A stretch of 64,000 nucleotides of DNA from Bigelowiella natans CCMP2755 (Eukaryota; Protista; Cercozoa), in assembly GCA_000320545.1 (NCBI GenBank), contig ADNK01000614.1, positions 1 to 64,000 of the forward strand, in the 5' to 3' direction. The number at the start of each line of letters is the position of its first letter. Positions within the stretch are counted from its first letter, which is position 1. Position numbers and translations under genes: made by a program. This document shows positions 1-12,017 of this stretch, one piece after another. Under the pieces are notes generated by a model that did no database searches, had not been told where the DNA came from, and worked only from the letters and a program-made list of their open reading frames with translations.

Positions 1-230
1 ATCGCGTCAGTCATTCATGGAGGAGGGGTAAGGGGGAGGGGGAAGGGGGGCACACCTTGCAGTTGCAAATGCTTCTCCGGCATGCATAGGGGGGGGTAGG
101 ACTGTGGTCCAGGTGCTTGTGCTTGCATTCGCAACGTGCCGCCTTGGTGGTTGAGGAGGACAAGGGGTGGGTATTATTGTGAGAACAAGAAAAGGGAGGA
201 GTGAAGACAGAATCACACACAAACACATAC

Positions 231-268
<38 letters not shown>

Positions 269-465
269 CCCTTCTTAAAGAGAATAATATTCCAGATGAC
301 GCCATATACAGATATAGTAGTTATAGTAGTTGAAGAAGACTTTTGCTAACTACTTCCGCTGCTAATGTTATACTACAACTAGTAGTAGTAGTACCACTTT
401 ACCAAGCCTTAACAAGTATCGAAACCGGCCACATTCGCACCTATTTGTATAGAGAAGGAGAGAGA

Positions 466-507
<42 letters not shown>

Positions 508-697
508 TAATTTTCAAAAATAAATGATTCACAAAACATTTCAACGTTATTACAACACTAATGACTTCTCTCTACAACAAGAGGAGTCGCAGCAGGTCGA
601 CAATAACCGATGAACATGATGACTTACGGACCCCTCCACACTGCAAGAATAGCCACGATGGTCATGATCCTCTACACACACGCAGCAGCCGCATATG

Positions 698-750
<53 letters not shown>

Positions 751-2137
751 AAAGAAGGGGAAGCGAGGAGGATTTCCCATGTCAAGAATTAATAATTAAG
801 GTAACGGTATTGATTGCCTCAATCGATTTTTCGAACCACAGCTCTACCTAGAGAGTGAGAGCAGACGCAACGGTGCTTGTCGCGGCGAAGCATCTTCAAG
901 CAAACATGATCGCCCTTCTTGCACCCTCTGGTTTTATTGATGAGAATTAGGAGAACTATGATAGTAAAATCACAGTACGATTGATGACGAGGAGGAGGAG
1001 GATAGACAATGAATGCTACTTATCGGCCGTGGTTGCTATGCACACTGCGTGAGTCGTCGTATCTACGATGTTAGCACCTGCAGGTCCAGATAACTGTTGT
1101 CGTAAGAAAGGTCTCTGTTCCAACATCTTCAGGCCTATCGGTTGTAGTAATCGTTGATCATTACATGAAGATGAAATCAAGAAACGATCATTCAAGGTGG
1201 TGGTGGTGGTGGGGGGTGGATGACCGCATATGACCCACAAGCAATCAATGCTGATGACAATGAGGATGATGATGACGATAATGAATGCTCATCACTTGTA
1301 CCAGAAAAGATGTCCACACACACGCGTGTGTGCGCGCACGCTTACGTTCATATCATATAGGCATATGTTTATTCGTAGTGTCAAGTTCTCTACTCGAGGA
1401 TATCGGGACAATGTCTTAGGGATTTTGCAGGTTGACTCTCCCGGAATTTCTGGAGCCGTAATTCCACATCTTCCTCGTCATAAGTAGCCTTAGCAGCAGT
1501 GCCACCTATGACCCATATTATTCATACAGGAAACAATTGTTCACGGCAAATTTTCTACACATCTTTCTGCCTAGTTCCCTACCGCTGCTGATGGAGGGTG
1601 CGCTTTCAATAAGGTACTCGGTTGCGGCGCAGAGCTTCGCAAATACGTCTTTGGCATCCTACATGCGTACATAGGATATGTGTGCTACTGGTGACAACGA
1701 TTACACATGAGTCTGCTACATCTCCTTCAAATGGAAAAGAAGGGAGGGGAAAAACAGAAAAGATACGTGAATTGATCGTGTTGTGTAATGCAGCTTTTAC
1801 AGGGTTTTTGTTCTTGTCTGGGTGCCAACGCAGTGCTTCCCTCTTATATGCCGCACGAATATCCGCTGTGTTTTCGTTCAAGAAAGCAGAGAGAAGGTTT
1901 GCTCACATAGGCCGAGAAATACAGTGGGACCACATCCACCACCACGATGCCGCTTTCATCACCATTTTGCGAAGCAATTAGTCTATCTACTGTCGTCGCA
2001 GCTCATCTATTTTTCAAGTCAGGCATCATTGAACCTACATGCATGCACGCACATGCAGTATTATCACCAACTGAAGGGGTAGAGCGTTCCTCAAAACCAA
2101 GGATTGCAAGGTGCTTGGAGCGCCTAGAAGCCAACAT
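1..2137 (-). CDS. DnaJ (J-domain) protein fused to a FAM221-like Cys/His-rich domain; multi-exon, 3' end outside window
   Basis: Spliced minus-strand exons give MLASRRSKHLAILGFEERSTPSV/ADIRAAYKREALRWHPDKNKNP/DAKDVFAKLCAATEYL (J-domain with HPD). Later exons give IWTCRGCKKGDHVCLKMLRRDKHRCVCSHSLEDHDHRGYSCSVEGCECGRFRYL and ARCECKHKHLDHSPTPPYACRRSICNCK, matching the FAM221 Cys/His spacing as I recall it. Start set at ATG 2137 because an in-frame TAG lies upstream. Confidence 0.75.
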
Positions 2138-2248
2138 CAGTGGAATGAGGCGGTTCGGTCCTCTTCTCCTTTCCTCAAAATACTTCCGCTCCCTCTACCT
2201 ACTCTGAGTCTCCTCCCTTCTTTGCTGCTGCTGCTGCAAAGAGAGAGG

Positions 2249-2282
<34 letters not shown>

Positions 2283-2475
2283 TTTCGGGTCGGCAGGACG
2301 GGGCTACGAATAAGCTCCGAACGAAAGGCTCAACATCCTGATAAACACTATTTTATTACCTGCGACAACAATATTGTTGTGTCGCAGTGTACAAATATAA
2401 AATATTACAGTATTTATCATCGAGACAAATCGATCCTTTGAATCTGGTTCGGAAAGTCGTTCGTCGGTTCGAGGA

Positions 2476-2887
2476 ATGGCAGCCATGGTGGCGGGTGGGA
2501 TCGAGGAGGAGAAGAAGGAGGAGAAGAGGAAAAAGAAGCACGTTCCGAGGAGCCAATGGGTAGATCCCCCCCTAACCTGTTCATTGGATTTCGAATGCGT
2601 TCGAAAACGCTTGAGCGCCCCCTCCCTCGTAAAGTTCTCCCTGGAGATGCAATTGCTGTGTCATTGCTGCTTCCGAAGAGAATGCCAGCTCGTGGCAGAT
2701 GCATGTTGTGTCCTTGCCTCCGACGGGACTGATCATCCGTGGCAGCTACTTAATTGGCGTTTTCGCCATCTTAATCACTCGACGGCGAATCGTTAAAAAT
2801 GGGTCGTCTGTAGGTTTGCACGCTGGTGTCTTGTGATGGCTTCGAGGTGCAATGCCCTGTGGGCTACACGGTAGTAGCAGCAGCAGC

Positions 2888-2918
<31 letters not shown>

Positions 2919-3297
2919 ATAGTAGTAGAACTCTCCATCGATGCGTGTGTGCTCCCCCTGGAACTTACTGCCCTTGATGAACATCATCGTTCTTATTTCC
3001 AAGATCCTCCTACTCCTCCTCCTCCTCCTCCTCCTCCTCCTCCTCCCTTGTTACCATTGCTGATCGATGCAGACCTACGTCGGTCGGAATACAATCCGTG
3101 GGCTAGATGGGCGTATCAGCAGGAAACACGTTGCGATTACGCCAACAGGAGGAGGAGGAAAGGATCGTGTTAGTGGACTTGATTGTGGTAATAGAGAGAG
3201 ATGATCTTAACAGCAAAGATAGTGTCTATGGGGAGGCACAACCAAATTCAAATCCTAAGATGTCATGCAACTAGGAATTTTATTTATACATCACACT

Positions 3298-3334
<37 letters not shown>

Positions 3335-4033
3335 TAACAGGTGTGGAGATAGAGGCCCTCGGCGTTCGTGCATGCTCTATTCTGAGAAATGGTGGAGGTG
3401 GCGGCGAAGGATCCAAAGCAGGCGTCCACCAAGTGGTTGATGATCAGAGATTCAACATCGCCCGAATATACACTAAGTCGAACTAATCATTTGTTTTGCT
3501 GTTCTCTCTCTCTCTCTCTCTCTCCCACTCAGCTGAAGAAAGGAGGAAAGGCCTTGGCTAGAAATGGCGACCAGCTAATGCTCCTGAGGGATCGGAAGGA
3601 TATGCTCTTTCAGATCAACATGGTCCTGTCACACAATACCATAAACATATAATCAATACACTCCCCCGAACACGTACGATCACGCATTTGCGTGCGTCGA
3701 TAGGCCCGACAAGAGTCATATTTTATTGCTTTTAACATTAGCGGCGGAAAGGGCTTCGCGAGCTTGTTGAAGATAGTATCCTTTCCCCCTCGGAGTCGGA
3801 GATGAAGAAGACGATGGACATATCCCCAGGACCGAGCAAGCCGAATGACCACGTAGGTTTTAATCACACTCCCCTGATCAAAGTCAAAGTGCTTCTTCGT
3901 CGCCGTCGTCGATTGTGTATTAATCTCATGCTTGAAACCAACGACTGACCTCCATCACAAACGACGACAACTGATAGGCTATTTATCATCAAGATGCTCG
4001 GAATCCTGGAGCTGAAGGTTCTATTGAGATTAC

Positions 4034-4069
<36 letters not shown>

Positions 4070-6125
4070 CTCACTCTTCTCCCTCTCCCCCCCCTCCCTG
4101 AAATGATTGCTCTAGGCCCTAGTGGCGAAGCAAATGATGATTTCATCCTTCTCACACAGTCAGAGTATCTTAGAGAGGTAAGGTGCTTTGAAGGACGAGA
4201 GCCATGGTTGTTGGCCGCGCGTGTGCTTGTTTAAACGATGTCGTTTTTCGATGACATCATCTTGCTTTCACTGTCTTTCTCGTTGTCCCTGCAGCTTATG
4301 AAAGCTCTCCGTCCCCAATTGAGAGCCTTGCTTCCGAATCAACGGAGCGGTGCTGCTGCTGATGGTGCTCCCTCCGGAGGAGTCGGGGGGGGGGGGAGTC
4401 ATGATGGAAAGAAGAAACAAGCGAAGGTAGGCTGTGATGACTCATTGCAATAGAGATGCACACACACAAACACAAACACAAACACCCATAAAGAGAGAGA
4501 AAACAGATTGATGAACCCTTGAGCGACATCTTCGCTGCAGGTCGAAGGAATGATGGACACTGTAGACGAGGGCAGAGGGGACGGGGGGGGCAACACGACG
4601 AAGGCAAGTAGTGGAGGGGTGGGGAGCACTGGAGAGACCAGCCATACGACTAGTAAAACAACAAAGAGCAGAGAAACAACGGATAATGGCGGTGGAGAGC
4701 GAGAGGGGCAGCTTGTTCCAGAAGGATGCTGGTATTGCTTTACTACCCACACGCACACCAGCACTTTCACACGCAGCAAATCATAAGGAAGAGGAGTGTG
4801 TATGGAGGAGGATGATCCCACTGTAGCAGCTGATGCTGCACATTCTAAAGACGATTCTCTGCTGTTTTCGATACACTTAACACTCTCGTTCTCAATCAGT
4901 CTACAATGTATGCGTACTACTTCCCGACCCTTCTACAGCGCTAACTATCTCCTTCCGTGCACTACCTCCCCCCCTCCCCCCTTCTCCACCCGCTCCACGC
5001 CCAAGGCGCTGTATTTCATGCTCATTCATCAACGTGCCGAATGCGGGCACATGCGAGATGTGCGGTGGTATTCGGCCAGAATCGTCGCTCCCTCCCCTTT
5101 CATGGATCTGTCCGGTAACAAAATTTTTTGAGAGGGGGGGGAGAGAAAGAGATGTGTTGCTACTTGCTGGATCCCCTCCTCGTCCTCATAGATATGCTGC
5201 TGTGTTTCTCCCTCCTCTATGTTTGCTTGCTATCACTACTAAGGTATGCGTCGCTTTCAACCAGCCTGAGGCATCGGGTATATATACATGTCGTGAGTGA
5301 TGATGGTGAAGAGGAGGGGGAGGAGAAAAGATGATGATGATGGTTATGATGATAAAAGTATGGATGACATTTGTGACATAAACGGGAACCAACTTACAGT
5401 ACAGCCGCTGCTCTATGTTGTGCTGCTGGCTGCATAGGAGAAACATCTTTGGACACTTGCCCAACGTGTAAATGCCCTCGGCCAGGGTAATGATGGATGA
5501 GGAGAGGCGCTGTTTCGAGGACATCAAATTGTTGATATCCTTCTTGAAAGATCCCGCTGATCTCACGTGCAACCATACGCAACACAAGACAGATGACAAT
5601 GAATTATGCGTGTTCATATCGGAGAGAATATAGAGTGCGGCATGAGTATGAGTGTGTGTGTGTGTGCGCGTGTGTGTAGGTATGTTGATAAGATCGATCG
5701 TGAGTTTGAAGCCAAGCAGGTATGGTGTATTTTGTGAATATATGATGAACCATGCCAACGGGCGCGAGTGTGATTGTGTGTGATTGTGTGTGTGTGTGTG
5801 TGTGCTCTTTGTTTGTTTGCGGGAGGAAGTAATACCATTACATCATCATCGTCATCACCATCACCGCCCCCTCCCCTCTCACTACTGCATTTGACAAGCA
5901 TATTCTCTATGTCGTCCCTTTCCCCCCATATCCACCTTTCGATCGATCTTGAAGATCGAGGACATTCTGGAGAGAGCTAAAAAAGGCGAGAAGGAGGGGA
6001 GCGAAGCCGATGGAGGCAGCAGCGACAAGCCCATCAGCATTTCCGATGAGGAGTTGGCCAGAAAGCTCTATGATGCAGAAAAGAGGATGTATATGGTGTG
6101 TAGTGTGTGCGTGAAAGAGAAAGAG

Positions 6126-6164
<39 letters not shown>

Positions 6165-7310
6165 GTGATCATGCTTGACTGTGTGCGAACAACAACAACA
6201 ACAGCAACAACTATGTGCCGTCATCTGCTGCAAGATTTACCACGAATGTCATTCAAACAACGAACACGCTGCATTTCCACTTCTGAGTAGCCAACAGCCA
6301 CTGCCACCACCACGACTCATCGTCTCCTTCATCATCATCATCATCATCGTCACCATCATCATCAATCAGGAGAACATCGAAAAACTCACCAACACGAAGA
6401 AGCTCACAGACGAGGAGAAGAGGCAGCAGAAGAAGGTTCTTCTTTCGTCATGCCCGACTCATGCTATGCACGAAAGAACGCACGTTAGGATAAGGAGGGG
6501 GGGGGGGGGGGGGGGGGGGGAGGGGGGGAGCGTTTGTTCCCAATTGATGTCAATTTGAACGGAGGCCTATCAATCCATCTATGTCCCCACCGACCTATCA
6601 CCAGCTACAAGAAAGAAGCCGCGCACTGGTAGCACAGCGACGAAGGACTGCGATGGTCGACTCTGCAATGGTAGCTACCTGCTGCTACTTCCGTGCTCCT
6701 GCATTGTTGTGCTTTGGCTCGCTATATGAATAGTACCACGATATTTGAATCACCCACCATTTCTCCTCTTACAAATCGTTGTCCTATTCATCGTCATTAC
6801 CACCATCATCTCATTCATCTTATTATTGTCGTCACTGCTACTACTGCTGCAGGACGCTGATGCAATACACCAATTCGAAGCTCAGGAAAATGACCAAAAG
6901 TAGAAGAAGAAGAAGAAGAAGAAGAAGAAGAATTGTCATAGTAGGAGGAAAAGGAGGAGGAGGAGGAGGAGGAAGATGGCATCTACATGCCGCTGCAGCA
7001 TTTGCTACTACTAATATCTTATAGTCGTATCTAGAAGCATAGAATTGCTTCCAAGGCTGCTATCGGGCCTTCGATGTTTTGATATTGGAGAGATCTTAAA
7101 ATGCATATGTTTCAAGTGCTTTTGCGTCGTCGTTATTGTCGTCGTTTATCTTCTTCTTCTTCTTCTTCTTCTTCTTCTTCCTCCTCCTTTTCTTCTTCTT
7201 CTTCATTCTAGAAGGTCACATTCCAAGGTGTCATCGACGACGCTACCCCCTCTCGGTATTTGTGTTGCTACGATTGCCTTCTCTCCTCCGTGTCGTTGTA
7301 CATGTATGCT

Positions 7311-7348
<38 letters not shown>

Positions 7349-7708
7349 TTATATATATAATTTTTTTATACATGTACATCTCCCTTCCCTTCGATCACCC
7401 CCCTCTCCTCTCTACAGGGAGCAATGTGCCGGTCTCCAATCCAAGGGAGGTTTGGGTAGGCTACAACGCTGCACATGATAACAATGATGATGATAAGAAT
7501 AATGATAATAACATGAGGGAGACGCGAGGCAATGACTCTTGTTGATTTTACGATCGAAGTTGGTGTTGGGAGCAGTAGTAATAGGAGAAAGCGGCACCAG
7601 CTCCAAGGAATGCTATTGAAAAACGTCAACGATGCTTCTCCCATTGGGGAGGGGGGGGAGGGATTGGTGTTGCTAACTTGAGAGTGTTTGAACCGAATCC
7701 GAAGGCAG

Positions 7709-7745
<37 letters not shown>

Positions 7746-8165
7746 GTTATAACCATGGATTGGCCTCCTCCTCCTCCTCCTTCTCCTCCTCCTCCTCAAC
7801 CAGAATCGTCACAGCACGGAGAAGAAGACCGATTTGATGACCAAAAAAAAGGCCCCAGACTACTATAGTGACTCCAAGGGAAAAGGAGGAGGTGGTGCCG
7901 ATGGAAAATATAGAAAGCATGGTAGGAAGCTGTAGTAGTAGTAGTAGTAGTAGTAGTAGTTGTAGTTGTGGTAGTAGTAGTAGTAGTAGTAGTAGTTGTG
8001 GTAGTAGTAGTGGGAGGAGGAGGAGGAGGAGGAGGAGCTACAGGAGAGTTGGACAGCGACAAGAGAGTGAGAGACTCGTCATCTGATTCTTATACTGTCT
8101 TCTCTCTCTCTCTCTCTCTTTCTTTCTTCAACCGAAATTGTTCAACCCAGCCCCCATATTACATA

Positions 8166-8202
<37 letters not shown>

Positions 8203-8982
8203 GTATATATCCATATACTTGTACTACGTGTGAAAATGAATAGGGCGTGGCGACACAACGGTGAGCTTCATTCCCATCCCCAGGGATTCAAATGAGTTCA
8301 AGGCGGTGCGAAAGTAGTACAACGACAAGGAGGAGGAGGAGGAGGAGAGAAATCGTGCATGTTATTGAATTAAAAGAGGAGGACTATGCTTCTTCATCAA
8401 TATGATCATCTTCTTCTTCTTCTTCTTCATCGTCGTCTATATGGTCGTCGTGGTTGTCTACTTATCGTTGGCGTCTCAAGATATCAGCATCCCTCAATAT
8501 TTTCGCTCGCTCAAAGGTTTTACTTACTCACAATTCTTTCTCCTCCTCCTCCTCCTCCTCCTCCTCCTCCTCCTCCTCCCCCTCCCCTCTCCGACCCTCT
8601 GCCTCCTCCTCCTCCCCCCTAAGATTCTTCCGGCAAACCTGCAAATATGCTATCTTGCGTATGGACGCGGTGAAGTCTCCTGTACGATTGGGGTAGTAGG
8701 CAGACACCACGCGTTATGATGTGTACGGATACAACAATGTACGATGTACCACGACGACGAAGACGCATTTGCATACAAAATACAGCAGCAGCAGCAGCCG
8801 CTATTGGAGATCATTTTTATATGCAGAGAATCGTGGTTTGATGGCTCGAAAGAGGGCCAATATCGACGAAGAAGCTCTACCGATCAATAGCACCTGCCTC
8901 TTTTCCTCTTCATGGGAATGACTGTGGGATGTGGTTTTGTTTTGTTTTGCTATACATACTCAGTGTCGTGGAATATTAACAC

Positions 8983-9021
<39 letters not shown>

Positions 9022-9298
9022 TATATAAATATATTTGTACTTTCACAAGGTATTACAACTTCAAACGGGCTCAGTTTCGGCGTGTGCTTGGGGCTGAGCG
9101 CCTCAACGAACGATGGTGATGATGATGAGAACGATGATGATGAGAACGATGATGATGAGGATGATAGCGGTGATAATGATGAGGATGATGATGAGGAGGA
9201 TGAGGATGATACGAGCGCAGCGAATCTGCGTTTTACTTCTACTTAATGAGGAATACTATAATTATATTAGAATAAAATATTAAAATATATTCATATAT

Positions 9299-9334
<36 letters not shown>

Positions 9335-9821
9335 CTCAGGGTATGGCACGGAACAACTGCGGAAACCATTCAAATGATCGCACATCAAGGTGCTACCTCC
9401 CAGATATATGTGTCCCGTGTTCTTAAATAATTTGATGACGATGATGACGATGATGATGACGATGATGATGACAATCACCATCAGGCTTCCTGCGGCAATA
9501 TATGACCGAATCGGAGACCGGAAAAGGTGACTGCTGCATCTCAACCTCCATCACACCTACATCACCGTTCCTTCAATTCGAGCGCGCGCGCGTGTGTGTT
9601 TGTGTTTGATGCTACCCGATATTGTTGTTTTGTCACACTCAGGTGTCAACTTCGTATCGGAGGCCAAGCTTGCCTCTAAACTCTCCTTATCGGATAAATT
9701 GGTAGCAATAGTAGTAGTGGTAGTAGTGAAGTATGATGATGACCCGTAGCACAAGATGACGACGATGACAATGATAATGAAGATGATGATGATGCTGAGA
9801 GATTATGAAGAGAAGAAGAAG

Positions 9822-9852
<31 letters not shown>

Positions 9853-10099
9853 GCATTTTATGTTTCCTTGTTGTTCCGGTGCATTACTCGATGTTCGTAC
9901 TGGTGATTCCCTGTGTGGTCATTGTTTTGGTGATAGTGATAGTGCTGTAGCTGCTAGAATGTGCCATAGTAATCTTATGCTGACCACTATTGCTGCCTGC
10001 TCGCCAAATGTTGTTTGCCACTGCCTTCGTCCTTGAAGGGAATGAAACGAATGTTCCTTTGCCGCGCTCTCATTGGTAAAGATCCTAAATAATACGACA

Positions 10100-10141
<42 letters not shown>

Positions 10142-10325
10142 GCGGCACACACACATCATCAACAGCTACAAATAGCTAGTCCATCTTTGTGCTGTAATTG
10201 TCGTTGTCGCTGCTGCCCTTATGATTTTGTCGTTGTCGTTGTCGTTGTTGTTTCATTCAGGGGAATTCCATCAAGGGTATAAGGGATGCCTGCTGCCTGA
10301 TCCAAAGCCCGGGAAGAAATACGAG

Positions 10326-10357
<32 letters not shown>

Positions 10358-11063
10358 TTGTGCAGCAGCGGTGGTGACGATCGTTTATGCTGCTGATGAG
10401 AATGGTTGTCCTTTGTGCTGTGACGCAGCTGCATGATGTGTATGTTTCACACTGAGTTCTGATGACATCCTGCCCCTGCTGCTGCTGCTGCTTGCGCTCC
10501 TTCTTGCAGGTGCACGAATCCGTGGTCGACAGCGTTTACAAGCCGAAGGCTTTCGTGCTATATCAGGACGATCAGGTTGCTTATAGGAGGCAATAATGAT
10601 GATGATGATGATGACGATGATAGTTACGATGATGGTGGTGGCGATTATAACGGTGTCAACAGGGGGAGTTCTGCCAACATATGAGCATAAATGACAGATG
10701 CGAAGCAAATATCCTTTTCGATACGATTGTTCATCGTTGTTTCTCAGTATCTGTTCCCTCTCATATAACCCCCCCCCCCCTGCCCCTCCACCTCCTATTA
10801 TAATTCAGGCGTATCCTGAGTATTGCATCACCTTTCGCCCCGTGAATGTGGAGAGTGACAGCGAGGAGGAGGGAGAGGAGGAGGAGAAGAAAAGGGCGGA
10901 GAAGGAAGAAGGAAAAGAAAACGATGAAAAATTGGGTGAAAGGAAAGATGATGAGAATGTGGATGATAGTGGTCGCCCAGACGATGATGATGGCAAAAAC
11001 GAGGGAGAGGAAGCGGGTAGCGACGGCACCGAAAGTCACAAGGAGAAACCAACAAGTAACTAG
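2476..11063 (+). CDS. PARP-family (mono-ART-like) protein: N-terminal FHA, two RanBP2-type zinc fingers, MIU/UIM-like motif, C-terminal PARP catalytic domain, acidic tail; more than 20 exons
   Basis: FHA: TYVGRNTIRGLDGRISRKHV...VEIEALGVRACSI...LKKGGKALARNGDQLMLL. Zinc fingers: WRCISCSFINVPNAGTCEMCGGIRP and WICPVCVAFNQPEASGETSLDTCPTCKCPRP. MIU-like: SDEELARKLYDAE. PARP: SNEFKAVRKFFRQT...NERWVWHGT...GKGVNFVSE...MFLCRALIGEFHQG...ESVVDSVYKPKAFVLYQDDQAYPEYCITF. The junctions I traced are GT-AG. Confidence 0.85.
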
Positions 11064-12017
11064 AAAACACAATCAACTCGTACCATTTGCCATAAGAAAA
11101 TGATATACACTAAGCAATAGAACTCACTCTCGATCTATATTTGATCTTGTGTTTTTGCGCGTCTGTGTGACTCAACTACAAAGCTCCCAATTCAACCGAA
11201 AATAATAGCTCCAAAACCATCAATGACCAAGAGTCCGAAGGATAACAATAATCTAGGGGCAAAGGCTGTTCATGGACATAAACGCCAACGCTACCAACTG
11301 TGCGATTGAAAGTGCTAGCTAGCCAGAGTGCTGCGTGAATCCGATATTAAGAGATGTAAATAAATTAACTTCTGTATAAAGAACCGATAGCCAGATAGCT
11401 CTGCGCAGTGGGCTGCGTTGCTGTGTGCCTGTTGGGACGATGTCAGTCTACAAGTAGTGTAGCCACTGCGTTCTACCTTCTGAATGTCTAGATGCATGCT
11501 AGCATGCAGCATGCCACGTCATGCTCTAGTGGTAGCATGCAACGTCACAAAAAAAGCAGAGCTAGAGAGAGAGGGTCCGTCTAGCCGTGCGTCTCAAGAT
11601 CTACACACAACTCAACGATCTAGCCGTATAATAAAGGCCGGTATGTGTTTTGACGTAGACTAAGTGCACTAATGTAAGCACCGATCTAGCGATGCACATG
11701 CTAGACATGGCTCGCTTTGCATTCCATGCTAGCATGAGCGAAGACGGATTCGACTGCACTCAGTTCAACCCTTCGGGGCACGCTAGCACGCGCACATTAC
11801 TGCTCTGGCTAGCTGGCTGTACATATTTTGGTGTGCTTCTAACTTGCGAACACGGGTATTAGCCATGCATGCGTGCAGAACTCTACATAGAGGTGTGAAT
11901 TGACAATAGATGCCAATCTAGCAATGTAGCTACTATATCGCGCCAATACATCTATGCATGCAATTTGATGTACGCAATTCTTGACTGTTACATAATACTC
12001 TTGTTTCAACTCCTGCT

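Noticed and set aside
2338-2359. 22-nt GT-AG segment on the minus strand resembling a nucleomorph-type micro-intron
   Set aside because: It lies in presumed UTR/intergenic DNA with no coding support, and such matches are expected by chance.
2476-2488. Overlapping divergent ATGs sharing a CCATGG palindrome (minus ORF MAAIPRT, plus PARP gene)
   Set aside because: The minus ORF does not splice convincingly to the J-domain, and an in-frame TAG precedes the better ATG at 2137.
550-10700. Numerous short ORFs with poly-ER, poly-YI, poly-HT, poly-V or poly-L runs
   Set aside because: They are translations of intronic microsatellites.
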